Notes: a model not told the origin generated them from the letters alone. 64,000 nt of DNA from Selaginella moellendorffii (GCF_000143415.4 NW_003314385.1:339296-403295); one strand, 5' to 3'. Numbered from the stretch's first letter, positions 47,002 to 61,200 are shown. Numbers and translations are program-made.

Positions 47002-49234
47002 TACAGTATATCAATATATAAGTTAAGAGAAATAAATAAACTAGTTTTACTCTTTAAAAATTTATAGAATATATGTAAACATGGTCACACATACACAGAG
47101 ATAATACATACATACATACATATATAGCTTCATTTATTTAGCTTCATTGTCTCTAGCTTCATTTATTTCTTAAACTTCAAATTCTTTCTCTTTGAATATC
47201 TGAAAAACTTATTTTAATTTTTTTACTGTTTCTTAGGTAATATATTTTATTATGAAAATTGTACTATTATTTATTGACAAATGTAAAAAATACTTTTATT
47301 ATTTAACTTTTATTATCATAAGCTATTATAATAGGATATTAATTCCAGTGCATAAATTAACTTCTTGTGTTAGAATTAAGCATGTTTAATAGTATATGAG
47401 GTCTCTACATACAAATGTATATATATAGTGGGGGGTTCCAAGGGATAATGGTTGGAATGCATGTCTAACCATCTGAGATGTTAATTTGACTTTTGCTGGG
47501 CTGTATTACTCTTTGTTTTGTGTTTGGTTTAGGTCTAAGCCCAACTTTTACATTGCTTTAGTCGGTGGGGTACCTTCCTTGTCGCGTTAGACCATTAGTA
47601 TGCCAAAATTGTGCCAAACACCATCTGACACCATTTTGTATGTAGATGCTAGATATGGGGAGCTTATGCTTATAAGATTAAGAGTGTATTGGACCCTCAT
47701 TTCGTAGTATAATGGGCTTGGAGTTTGAATCCAAATTCAAGTGCATTACATTTGGTATCAGAAGAATTGTTTTAACGATTCCTATACAACTTTTGTCAGA
47801 TTTTTTAACTCAAGTTGCATACGCAAAGACTTTTCTAGTAGATCTAAAGTGACATGTGTAGGATTAGTTAGATTGCACCATTCAGTAAGAATGTTATATG
47901 TATATTCAGTTACTGATAGAGGTATGCATGTAGCTAGCGAGATGGTGAAAAGGAATTGTGTTGATGATACTAAAACCTTAAGATAGGTGAATCGGGAGGA
48001 GGAAACTCTTGCTAGAGATGTTGCAAAAGAGGCTAAGGTTGAGTCAAAAGAGGAAGAGTCTAATGTTGCAACACTACAACATACGGCTCAAAAAATTGAA
48101 ATTGAGAATTTGCAAAGGGAAGTTCACAAATTGAAGAAGGAGAACAAGAAAAGGAAGAAAGAAACTAAAGCAAGTAAACCAACTAAACTTAAGCAATATA
48201 ACTCCTTTTCAAGTTCTGAGGACGATGAAATTCTGCAACCACCCTTAGTTGCATAAGTTTCAAAGTTCAAACTTCCAAAACCACCCAATTTTAGAGTCAT
48301 ATGGGACTATCAGGTTTTGGAAGATTAGGTCTACAATATCGAAAATTATTTAATAGCGGCAAATGTAGATGATCATATGAAAGTTGCGTGTGCACAATCC
48401 TTTCTCACCGATCATGCCAAAACTTGGTGGTGCCAAGTTTGTGCTGAAAAAGGGCAAACTAGAAATTGGACCAAGATATGGTCTTGTATTTATAAGGAAT
48501 ACTTGCCAAATGATCTTGGTCTAAAACTTCGTGCAAAGCTGTGGTGATTAAAGCAGCAAGGGGACCTTATACAGTACATTAATGCGTTTGTTTAGAAGTG
48601 CATTATGATTGCAAATATGAGTGATGAAGATGCTTGAAATTAGTTTTTGGAAGGTTTAAATTCACTTTTTTGTAATGAGATTTTGAAGTTTAAGCCAAAA
48701 ATGTATCTGCAGTGTAAGGAGGTAGTATAACAAGTTGCCTTTAGTCACTCGCTCATAAAACAATATCAACAACCGTATGCTGGTACCTTAGACAAGAATA
48801 AAAACTCTAGGAATAAACAAAGTGATCAGAAATAGAGGGTGGAAGGAAAGTTTCACCTTGGAGGCTCACAAGCAAAGGTTAATAAAGGTGGTGGTTGACG
48901 ACCACCAACAACTTCTTTTAGTCCTAAGTCCTTTGTTCCTCCTCCTGGTGGGTACAAGCAGCAGTAACATGTGAAACCTAGTCCTAGTGGAACAGATAGT
49001 GTGGGTCATTGCTTCTATTGTGGAGAGACAGAACATAGGTCATTGGAATGTCCCAACAAGCATAAGACAAAGTCTTGTGTTAATGTCATAAGGGAAGATA
49101 GTGATGGTGAAGTTGATAAGGTTGATGACTTGGTCAATGCAAATTATGAGGAAGAGGAAGTGAGTTACTTTTGTTACTTTCCTCAAACTTTTCTCGCAGT
49201 CTATGCAAATGCTGATCTGTTGATGTATCTGGTA

Positions 49235-50888
49235 TACTTAGTCTTGGTGGCCCTGCGCCTTGGCTAAGGATGGTGATGTCCAACTTGGTTGGTTAAGGTT
49301 AAGATGTTGGTACCTGTACTATAGCTTTGTCTATGAGGAGGTTGTGTACCGATATGAGTTCATCTCATGGTCTTCACTTTCGTTTTGGCTGAGTGTTGAT
49401 CATGCATAGCTAGCCTCTTCAAGGCATGCTCAGAGCTATTGACTAGGTGTGCTAGTGAGCTTATTGTGGTTGAATTGGATTCGAGTGGTCATTTAGTTTG
49501 TGCTTGTCTATGAATTTTTATCTCGTACCTGGGGTATCACGTTCATATTGGGCAAGTATATAACTTGATGACAAGAGTTGGTGTTTGCGTCTTGTGAAGG
49601 CAAGTTGAGGAGTGATTGTTAGTTGCTTTGTGACTAGTGATTACTTGTAGACTTCGTCAAGGACCGTTGACACTTGCTTTGCTCGATGATGATTTAACAG
49701 TGATGGGCTTGCTTTACCGGATGGTGTTGCGGAGGATCGTGTCATTAGGCTGGCGTGGTTTTTCCATGTTAGCATGTCAATTCCTTTGTCGATATCATTT
49801 GGTTACGTTTGGTCTATAGTGTTGGATTTCATTGAGTCTTTGATGTGGTGATTCACTCCCTTCATTAGTTTGTACTGGCTTTCGAAAATGGAATGGTTTT
49901 CGAGCAAAGTGATCAACAGATTAGCCATTGGAAAAATCTAAGAAAATTTGTGGAAAATTTCCCATCCTAGAGAAAGAATGACTCTCAGTCCAGGAATGCA
50001 AACTTTCAAGACTCAACCAACTTCCTCCTACTAACAACTTCACATAGGTTCACCTCAACACAAGTTCTCATGACCAACAATATGCTTAAGCATCGAACAT
50101 CTTTGCCCATTTAACCGATATCCAACACCGACATCCGCAAAGTGCTAAATGAATATCTAAAACTTGATCACGAAGACCACATCTTTGGATATCCACATTG
50201 CACTAACACTCTTCTTCAATCACCTTCAAGATTCAATGTGAAGTCAAAACACTAACAAGAAAAATGACATGGAAAATCAAGCTCTAAGGAAAATTCCTCA
50301 TCACTCGAATCAACAATGCCACTTCCACTAACACAAGTGCTAGCGATGTCAATGCATCAACCTCACACCTTCTCCATCCAATAATCTACTCCAAGTGCTA
50401 ACGGATCAATAGATGAGCTATAGCAAATGAATGCTACAACCCATTCCCAACACCTTATGGGCAAACCCTCAAGGAAACAAGGTACCAACATAAGCTTAGC
50501 ATAATGAACCACCATTGAGAATCCAGTCAAAGCTACTACAATGCTACTTCGTGCAAGTAGACTAGCTTCTCCATCAACCACTTTGGGGTTGATCATCATT
50601 TACCCAAGCAACTTCGTAAACACATTGCTCATTATCACATGGATATGATATAAATCACAATGACTTGATCATCAATTGAGTAACGCAATGAGCAAGGCTT
50701 ATGTCATTACTTCAAACGTTTATGTGAGTATCAAATGCCAACTCGATTCGACAAAATGCAACATAAATGCCACACTCCACCGATAGAGATTTACAACACC
50801 CAACATCACTAACTTTTGTTCACCACACGGGCAAGCTCATGCCACTCTCTTTCCGACCAAACTCAAAACTAATCCAACACCAAGCTAC
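49235..50888. mobile_element. Family C internal fragments with an inversion
   Basis: ~49238-49858 is the reverse complement of ~35103-35728. ~49858-50888 matches ~35980-37094 directly. Confidence 0.8.
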
Positions 50889-53800
50889 TGTCGCGAATGT
50901 GACTTCGGGTATCGAAAGATACTTGTCGGCTAGTCCTTACGGACACTCTTTCCTTACTGCCATGACGGCAGGAGGTCGGTACAGTTGGTTCCCTTTATCG
51001 TTCCCACTTGAGCTAGTTGAGAAACTGGTCAATGACCGTGCACTTAAATTGGATAAACATAAGGTAGGAACCCTATGTGTTTCTTGCTGAGCATACTCGG
51101 CCTGGTTTGAGAAACTCGTATCATTGGCTTGCACTTGCTAGTATCAAGAACCCCCGTGATATTGAGACTAGTCCCTCAATATTTACTAGATGATAGCTTA
51201 CCGTGTTTGCCAAACACCCTCGCTATCACGCCTTTTGTGTTGGTCTCATTTTGGTCCCAAATGCTATTTATGGAAAGTGTCTAGATTAGATCATTTGGCA
51301 TATCTACGGAATGTAGAGATCAGCCTGAACACAATGGTGTTTGTCCCGTGTCCAAATTCACAATCTAAGGACATTCCATACTTAGTAAGTTTCGGACTTG
51401 TCCTAGAGACTAACTCCTGGTACTAAGGGAGGCTTGGGGTGAAAGCCCAAAGCGTATGTCCCTCAAGGGGGGGGGGCTATGGGGGGTTCCAAATGTATAG
51501 TAGGGATAGTGGTTGGAATGCATGTCCGACCACCTGAGACATTAGTTTGGCTCCCGCTGGGCTGTGTCGCTCCTTGTTCTGCGTCCGGCTTGAGTCTAAG
51601 CCCAAGCTCCACGCTGCTCTAGTCGGTGGAGTACCCTCCTTCTCGCGTTAGGCCACCGGTATGCCAAAATTGTGCCAGACTCCGTCTGACACCATTTTGC
51701 GTGCAGGTGCTGGATACGGGGAGCTGGTGCTCGTGGGATTGTACCGGACCCTCGTTTCGTAGCGCAACGGGCTTGGAGTTCGGCTCCAAATTCAGGTGCG
51801 CTACATTTGGTATCAGAGAAATTGTCTCAACGATTTCTATCCAACTTTTGTCGGATTTTCTGACTCAAGTTGCATACGCAGAGACTTTTCTAGTAGATCC
51901 GAAGCGACCTGTGTAGGATTAGTTGGATTGCACCATTTGGTAAGAATGTTGTATGCATGTTCAGTTACTGATAGAGGCATGCATGCAGCTAGCAGGATGG
52001 TGAAGAGGAACCGTGCTGATGACGCTGAAACCTCTAGACGGGCGAATCGAGAGGAGGAAACTCCTGCTAGAGATGCTACGGAAGGGGCTGAGGCCGAGTC
52101 AGAAGAGCATGAGCCAAATGCTGCAGCACTGCAGCGCACGGCTCATGAAGTCGAGATCGAGAATTTGCGAAAGGAGATTCGCAAATTGAAGAAGGAGAAC
52201 AAGAAGAGGAAGAAAGAAGCTGAGGCAGCTAAACCAGCTAAGCCTAAGCAACCGGACTCCTCTTCAAGTTCTGAGGACGATGAAGTTATGCAGCCGCCCC
52301 CGGTTGCACGAGTTTCAAAGTTCAAGCCTCCGAAACCACCCAATTTCAGAGGCATGCGGGACTATCAGGTTTTGGAAGACTGGGTCTACGATATGGAGAA
52401 CTACTTCATAGCGGCAGACGTGGATGATCGTACGAAAGTTGCGTGCGCGCAATCCTTTCTCACCGATCATGCCAAAACTTGGTGGCGCCAGGTGTGTGCT
52501 GAAAAAGGGCAGACTAGAAGTTGGACCAAGATGCGGTCTCGTATCCGTAAGGAATACTTGCCGGATGATCTTGGTCTGAGACTTCGCGCAGAGCTGCGGC
52601 GGTTAAAGCAGCGAGGGGACCTTATGCATTACGTTAATGCGTTTGCTCAGAAGCGCATTATGATTGCAAATATGAGTGACGAAGATGCTCGGAGTTATTT
52701 CCTGGAGGGTTTAAGTTCACTTTCTCGAAATGAGATTTTGAAGTTTAAGCCGAAGACGTACCTGGAGTGTAAAGAGGCAGCACAGCAAGTTGCCTTTAGT
52801 CACTCGCTCATAGAACAATATCAGCAATCGTATGCTGGTAATTCGGACAAGAATAAAAATTCTGGGAATAAGCAAGGTGATCGGAAACAAAGGGTGGAAA
52901 GTAGGTACCGCCCTGGGGGCTCACAAGCTACAGTGAATAAAGGTGGTGGTGGTTGGAGACCACCAGCAGCTTCTTCTGGTCCTAGGCCCTTTGTTCCTCC
53001 TCCTGGTGGGTACAAGCAGCAGCAACCTACAAAACCTGCTCCTAGCGGAACGGGTAGTGTGGGTCATTGCTTCCATTGTGGAGAGTCGGGACATAAGTCC
53101 TCGGAATGTCCCAACAAGCATAAGACAAGGTCTCGGGTTAATGTCATGCGGGAAGACGGTGGTGGTGAAGCCGAAGAGGTTGACGAGTTGGTCAATGCAG
53201 ACTATGAGGAAGAGGAGGTGAGTAACTTTCGTTGCTTTCCTCAAGCTTTTCTTGCAGTCAATGCAAACACTGATCCGTTGATGTATCTGGTAGGCTTTGT
53301 CCGTGGACACCGAATCCGAGTGATGATTGACACGGGAGCTACGCACAGTGTGATATCCGAAGACTTAGTTAAGTTGTTAGGATTGAATGCTGAGCAAATG
53401 TCGCCTATGCACTTCCGGTTTGCGGAAGGTGGGCAAGTAGCCAGAAAGTTTGTGAGTAATGTTCCAATAAAGATATCCAAGTGGAAAGAAAGAGTGGACT
53501 TGGTAGTGTTGAAGATACCAGATTTTCAGATGGTGTTTGGTATGGATTTCTTCAACAAGTATATAAAAGGGATTTATGGTGCTGGACAAAGTCGTATCAC
53601 ATTGAAGTCAGAAGGACATCCTGATGTATCCTTTCAGTTGCAAAAGCGTTCCTCAAAGGATTGGGATGCAAAGTTCCTGACTGTGAGGGCCGCTCAAAAA
53701 GCAGCTAAAAGGGGATGTCAGACCTTTTGGGTTCAAGTGATGGAAGCTGAGGGTGTGGGTGACTCAGTACAAATCGGCGACGGGGTTGATCCTGTACCGA

Positions 53801-56800
53801 AACGGATATTGGAGTTGTTGGCGAGGAATCAGGATATCTTTCCGAAGGATTTGCCGCCAGGGCTACCTCCTAGCCGTGAGGTTGATCATCGGATTGAGAT
53901 TATTCCGGGTTCTAAACCACCTACGAAAGCTCCATATCGGTTGAACATCAAGGAGATGGCTGAACTCAAGAAGCAACTCACGGAGCTTCTTGAAAAAGGT
54001 CATATCCGACCAAGCAAGTCACCTTATGGAGCGCCAATCCTTTTTGTTATGAAAAAGGATGGAACCATGAGGATGTGTATTGACTATCGGGCACTCAACA
54101 AGATCACGGTTAAAAACAGTTATCCTTTGCCTCGCATTGATGACTTGTTTGACCAACTCTTAAAGGCTAAGTATTTTACGCGACTTGATTTGCGGTCCGG
54201 GTATCATCAGATACGGGTGGCAGATCAGGATGTGGAGAAGACAGCCTTTAAGACTCGGTACGGATCTTATGAGTTCCTTGTCATGCCATTTGGATTATGC
54301 AATGCTCCGGCAACGTTCAGCACTATGATGGATAGAATATTCAGAGATTACTTGGATGCATTTGTTGTCCTGTATATTGACGATGTTCTAGTCTTTAGTG
54401 AAACGTTGGAGGATCATTTGAAACACTTGGAGCTGGTGTTTTAGAAGTTGCGCGAACACAAACTGTATGCTAAGGAAAGTAAATGCGCTTTTGGACAATT
54501 GCGCGTAAACTTTCTCGGACATATAGTTGGTGGTGGCGTGATTGAGGTCAATCCAAAGAAGGTGGAAGCAGTGAAGTCCTGGGAAGTCCCGACCACTGTA
54601 TCAGATGTTCGTTCCTTTCTCGGTTTGGCGGGATACTATCGCAAGTTTGTCCGCAATTTTGCAAGAATTGCTCTTCCATTGACTGAGTTGACGAAGAGTA
54701 GTATTCCGTTTCATTGGACACCAGCTTGCCAGCGTGCTTTCGCACGGTTGAAGGAGATCTTGACTACGGTTCCTGTTCTAAGGATCCCAGATCTTGATAA
54801 ACCCTTCGAAGTGCATTGTGATGCATCTGGCTATGCTATTGGTGCCGTGTTGCAGCAAGATTGTGACAAAGCGGTTGGTGTTACGCTGAGGCGACATGGT
54901 TGTCCCGTTGCGTTCTATTCCAAGAAATTGGATGCGACCCAACGAAGATGGCCAACGCATGAGAAAGAGATGTTTGCTATAGTGTCAGCCCTGGAACACT
55001 GGAGACACTACTTGGGTGGACATACCAAGGTTTATACGGATAGTAACACACTAAGCTACTTTGCTACGCAGCCTAAGCTTACGCCGAAGCAGGCTCGTTG
55101 GCAAGAGAAGCTTGCTAGATATGATATTGAGATCATATATGAACCTGGTAAAGACAATATTGTTCCGGATGCGTTGAGTCGTCAAGCTCAATTCCGGGCA
55201 ATATCGGCCATCAGTTCGGACTGGTTGGAGGACGTTCGGGCTTCGTATGGAAGAGATCCATTGGCGAAGACAATCTTACGCCGTGCGGAGTTGTCGAAGC
55301 AGAGCCCTGGTAGCGAAGCAGCAAAAGTTGCTAGTCGCACTAATGCAAAACTTCACTTCTTAGTTCGGGATGGGCTTATATTCTATAAGCAAGAAAGATT
55401 GTATCTTCCCTCTAAGGATCTTCAGCAGTTATTTCTGCGGGAACATCACGATGTTCCAGCAGCGGGACATGGTGGACAGCGAAAGACTCTGGCTTCATTG
55501 AAAAAGGGATTTTTCTGGTCTGGTATGGAAGATGATGTAGCGGACTATGTCCGTTCCTGTCCTGTATGCCAGCAATGTAAGCGCAGAACTGAGAAGCAGG
55601 CTGGAAAGTTGCAGTGCATTCCAGCACCGGCATGGCCATTTCAAAGTGTGACACTTGATTTCGTCACTTGCTTGCCGAAGTCTAAGGGTTATGATACTTT
55701 GATGGTGGTTGTGGATCGGTTGTCAAAGATTGCACACTTCATTCCAACTGTGGGAACAGTAAATGCGAAACAAGCAGCAAAGCTCTTTTTCCATGAAGTA
55801 GTGCGAGTTCGTGGTCTTCCTGAAGAAATGATCTCAGATAGAGATTCGAGGTTTACGGGGAAGTTTTGGGGGACCCTATTCCAGTTGTTTGGTACCAAGT
55901 TGAAGTTTAGTACAGCTTACCATCCTCAAACCGATGGGCAGACCGAACGCGTGAATGCTCAAGTTGAGGATTATCTGCGGTACTATGTCGCGGCGGACCA
56001 ACGCGACTGGGTTGAGCATTTGGATACGGCAGAAATATGTTATAACAACACATTTCATAGCGCTATAGGCTGTTCTCCATGGGAGATATTGCAAGGGAAT
56101 GCTCGTGGGGTTCCTCAACAGATCGTTGTCCCGAAACCAATGACCGAAGTGTTGGTCCCAGCCGTGGAAACTTATGCGGAGCAGCTACGCCAAGGTTGGT
56201 CTAAAGCTACCGAGGCGATGGGCAAAGCTCAGGATAGGTATCGACGTGATAAGGATCAGCATCGTCGGGATGTATCCTATCTAGTGGGAGATCAGGTGTG
56301 GCTATCTTCCCGGAACTTGAACATCAAAGGTTCTTTGTCTCGGAAGCTCTTCCCGAGATATGTTGGACCCTATCGGGTGTTGGCACAAGTTGGTGATGTA
56401 TCCTATAAGTTGGATCTTCCGGATGAGTTGTCCCATGTACATGATGTGTTTCATGTCAGTTTATTGGCACCATATCGTGTTAATGCGGATCGCTCTATGG
56501 ACATTCGTCCCCCTCCGGAAGTTGTGGATGGTGATATGGAGTATGAGGTCGAGGCGATTCTCTTGTCCCGCAAAGCTCGTGGTAGTCGTTCCAAGGAATA
56601 TTTAGTTAAGTGGAAAGGTTACCCGACTTGTGAATCAACTTGGGAACCTCTTAGTAATCTTACCCATGCTCGTGAGCTTGTCACGGAGTATAAGAATAGT
56701 AATAAAGACTAGCTTTTGTAATAAATCTTGCAAATTAATAAAGTAAAATATTTCTATCACTCAAGTGTCGTTTCTCTCGATCAATTGTACTTGGGTCAGT

Positions 56801-58235
56801 TTTGGCAGGCTGACTTCGGCACTTCGGTGCATGGGTCCAATCCATAACCATGGGGATACCTATTATAGACTGATCACAGGTCCCCGCCTCTCTCTCGATG
56901 ACTCCTTTTCAAAAAAAAAAAAAGGGGCGTGGTCGTGTAAACAACTTAATCTGCCAGTTTATAATAGTTGTCTAAATCTTCCCGACGGGGTTGATTTCTT
57001 GCTCAGGGGCAGTTGGGCCTCTGGCCTTCTCCCTATATCCCTGCGGGCAGGGATGTATCATTCCTTTGTAAGCTGAGTGGTACTCAGAGCAGCAAGGGTG
57101 GCTAACTCCGTTGGTCATTTCCTTGTCGGCGACGGCCGGAGGGTGTCTGAGTCTTAACGTCTTTGGACGTAGAGGAGAGGTCGTTCCATAACTCATTTAA
57201 GTCGGTGTGTTTCCCACATAGTGTGCTTTCCGTTAACTTTCGGAGTTGTTTCCTTGACGGTTTGCTAGACTCGGGTATGCATCGACGAGGACGTCGATCT
57301 TCTCCAAGGGGGGGAGAGTGTCGCGAATGTGACTTTGGGTATCGAAAGATACTTGTCGGCTAGTCCTTACGGACACTCTTTCCTTACTGCCATGACGGCA
57401 GGAGGTCGGTACAGTTGGTTCCCTTTATCGTTCCCACTTGAGCTAGTTGAGAAACTAGTCAATGACCGTGCACTTAAATTGGATAAACATAAGGTAGGAA
57501 CCCTATGTGTTTCTTGCTGAGCATACTCGGCCTGGTTTGAGAAACTCGTATCATTGGCTTGCACTTGCTAGTATCAAGAACCCCCGTGATATTGAGACTA
57601 GTCCCTCAATATTCACTAGATGATAGCTTACCGTGTTTGCCAAACACCCTCGCTATCACGCCTTTTGTGTTGGTCTCATTTTGGTCCCAAATGCTATTTA
57701 TGGAAAGTGTCTAGATTAGATCATTTGGCATATCTACGGAATGTAGAGATCGGCCTGAACACAATGGTGTTTGTCCCGTGTCCAAATTCACAATCTAAGG
57801 ACATTCCATACTTAGTAAGTTTCGGACTTGTCCTAGAGACTAACTCCTGGTACTAAGGGAGGCTTGGGGTGAAAGCCCAAAGTGTATGTCCCTCAAGGGG
57901 GGGGGGCTATGGGGGGTTCCAAATGTATAGTAGGGATAGTGGTTGGAATGCATGTCCGACCACCTGAGACATTAGTTTGGCTCCCGCTGGGCTGTGTCGC
58001 TCCTTGTTCTGCGTCCGGCTTGAGTCTAAGCCCAAGCTCCACGCTGCTCTAGTCGGTGGAGTACCCTCCTTCTCGCGTTAGGCCACCGGTATGCCAAAAT
58101 TGTGCCAGACTCCGTCTGACACCATTTTGCGTGCAGGTGCTGGATACGGGGAGCTGGTGCTCGTGGGATTGTACCGGACCCTCGTTTCGTAGCGCAACGG
58201 GCTTGGAGTTCGGCTCCAAATTCAGGTGCGCTACA
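50889..58235 (+). mobile_element. D1: young full-length chromovirus (tRNA-Met PBS, canonical chromodomain; Galadriel-like by inference)
   Basis: 917-bp LTRs at 50889-51805 and 57319-58235 with about 5 transitions by eye. PBS TGGTATCAGAG at 51808. PPT AAGGGGGGGAGAG at 57306-57318. No TSD. Confidence 0.95.
51997..56712 (+). pseudogene. Single-frame gag-PR-RT-RH-INT-chromodomain of D1 with one nonsense codon
   Basis: The 882-aa and 754-aa ORFs share a frame, separated by TAG at 54442-54444 where D0 has CAA. Confidence 0.93.
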
Positions 58236-61200
58236 ACAGACACTGAATTCGAGTGATGATTGATATAGAAGCTACGCACAGTGTGATATCTAAAGACTTA
58301 GTTAAATTGTTAGGATTGAAAGCTGAGTAGATGTCGCCCATACACTTTTGGTTTGTGGAAGGTGGGCAAGTAGCTAGAAAATTTGTGAGTGATGTTCCAA
58401 TGAAAATATTTAAATGGAAAGAAAGAGTAGACTTGGTAGTGTTAAAGATACCAAATTTTCAAATGGTGTTTAGTATGGATTTCTTCAACAAATATACTAA
58501 AAGGATTTATAGTGTTGGACAAAATCACATTATATTAGGTCAGAAGGACATCCTAATGTGTCCTTCCAATTGCAAAAGCACTCTCCAAACGATTGAGATG
58601 CTAAGTTTTTGATTATGAGAGTTGCTCAAAAAGCAGCTAAGAAGGGATGTTGGACCTTTTGGGTTCAAGTGATGGAAGTTAAGGGTGATGGTGATTTAGT
58701 TCGAATTAGTGACAAGGTTGATCTTGTACCAAAGGAGATATTAAAGTTGTTGGTGTGGAATCAAAAGATCTTTCTGAAGGATTTACCACCAAAGCTACCT
58801 CTTAATTGTGAGGTTGATCATTAAATTGAGATTATTCCAAGTTCTATACCACATACAAAAGTTTTATGTCATTTGAACATCAAGGAGATAGCTAAACTCA
58901 AGAAGGAACTCATATAGCTTCTTGACAAAAATCATATCTAACCAATTAAGTCACCTTATGGAGTGTTGATCTTTTTTGTTATAAAAAAGAATGGTACTAT
59001 GAGAATGTGTATTGATTATCAGGCATTTAATAAAATCATGATCAAAAAGAATTATCCTTTGCCTCATATTAATGACTTGTTTGTCCAACTTATAAAGGCT
59101 AAGTATTTTACACAACTTGATTTACGATTCGGGTATCATCAGATATGGGTGGCAAATTAGGATGTGGAAAAGACACCCTTTAAGACTTGGTATGGGTCCT
59201 ATGAGTTCCTTGTTATGCCATTTGGGTTATGCAATGCTCCGACAATATTGAGCACTATGATGGATAAAATATTTTATTTAGACACATTTATTGTCTTATA
59301 TATCAACAATGTTCTAGTCTTTAGTGAAATATTGGAGGATCATTTGAAACACTTGGGAGCTGGTGTTTCAAAAGTTGCATGAACACAAACTATATGCTAA
59401 AGAAAGTAAATATGCTTTTGGGCAATTGTGCATGAACTTTCCTGGACATATAATTGGTGGTGTGATTGAGGTGGATCCAAATAAGGTGGAAGCGATGAAG
59501 TCTTAGAAAGTGCCAACCACTGTATTAGATATCCATTTTTTTCTCGGTTTGGTAGGATACTATTGTAAGTTTGTTTGCAATTTTGCAAGAATTTTTCTTT
59601 TGTTCACTAAGTTAACAAAGAGTAGTATACTGTTTCATTGGATATGAATTTGTCAATATGCTTTTATATGGTTGAAGAAGATTTGGACTACGGTTCCTGT
59701 CACGATTTTAGATCTTGATAAACCCTTTAAAGTGCATTATGATACATTTGGCTATGCTATTGGTGCCATGTGGCAACAAGATTATGACAAAGCAATTAGT
59801 GTTATGCTAAGGTGACATAGTTGTCCTATTGCGCTTTTATTCCAAGAAATTGGATGAAACCCAAGAAAGATGGCCAATGCACGAGAAAGAGATGTTTGTT
59901 ATAGTGTCAGCATTGGAACATTGGAAACATTATTTGGGTGGACATACCAAAGTTTATACAAATAATAACACATTAAGCTACTTTGCTATGCAGCCAAAGT
60001 TTACATTGAAGTAGGTTCATTGGTTAGAGAAGCTCACTACATTTGATATTGAAATCATCTATAAACCTGGTAAAGACAATATTGTTCTAGATGCATTGAG
60101 TCGTCAAGCTTAGTTTTGGGCAATGTCGGCAATCAATTTAGACTAGTTGGAGGACATATGGGCTTCATATGGAAATGATCCGTTGGTGAAGGTAATGTTG
60201 CACTGTGCGGAGTTGTCGAAGCAAAACCCTAGTAGCAAAGTAGCAAAAGTTGCTCGTCGTACTAATGCGAAACTTCACATTTCTATTCAAGATGGGCTTA
60301 TTTTTTATAAGCAAGAAAGATTGTATCTTCCCTCTAAGGATTTGTAGCAATTGTTTTTTCGGGAACATCATGATATTCTAGCAGCGGGATATGGTGGAAA
60401 ACAAAAGACTCTTGCTTCATTGAAAAAAGGATTTTTCTAGTTTGGTATGGAAGATGATGTAGCGGATTATGTCTGTTCTTGCCCTATATGCCAGTAATGT
60501 AAGTGCAAAACTGAGAAGCAGGTTGGGAAGTTGCAATGCATTCCAGCACTAGCATGGCTATTTTAGAGTGTGATACTTGACTTTATCACTTGCTTGTCGA
60601 TATCTAAAGGTTATGATACTTTGGTGGTGATTGGTTGTTGAAGATTGCACACTTCATTCCAACTGTGGAAATAGTGAATGTGAAGCAAGTAGTAAAGCTC
60701 TTTTTCCATGAAGTAGTGCAGGTTCATGGTCTTCCTGAAAAGATGATCTTAGATAGAGATTTGAGATTTACAAGGAAGTTTTAGGGCACATTGTTCCAAT
60801 TATTCGGTACTAAGTTGAAGTTTAGTATAGCTTATCATCCTCAAACCAATGGGTAGACCGAATGTGTGAATGCTCAAATTGGGGATTATCTGTGGTACTA
60901 TGTCATAGCAGATCAACACAACTAGGTTGAGCATTTAGACACAACAGAAATCTGTTATAATAACATATTTCATAACACTATTGACTATTCTCCATGGGAG
61001 ATGTTGCAAGGGAATATTTATTAATAGAATGTTGTAATGAAACCAATGTTTGAATTGTTAGTCTAACTATTAAAACTTATGTAGAGCAGCTACACCAAGG
61101 TTGGTCTAGAGCTACTAAGGCAATGGGCAAAGCTGAAGATAGGTATCAATGTGATAAGGATTAACATCGTCAGAATGTATCCTATCAAATGGGAGATTAG

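Noticed and set aside
51400-51510. Group I intron R/S-like motifs (AGAGACTA..TATAGT) in the D LTR
   Set aside because: No P/Q elements or convincing P7 pairing could be built by eye.
54442-54444. Programmed stop readthrough in D1
   Set aside because: The stop lies inside RT and sister copies have Gln (CAA); an ordinary C>T mutation.
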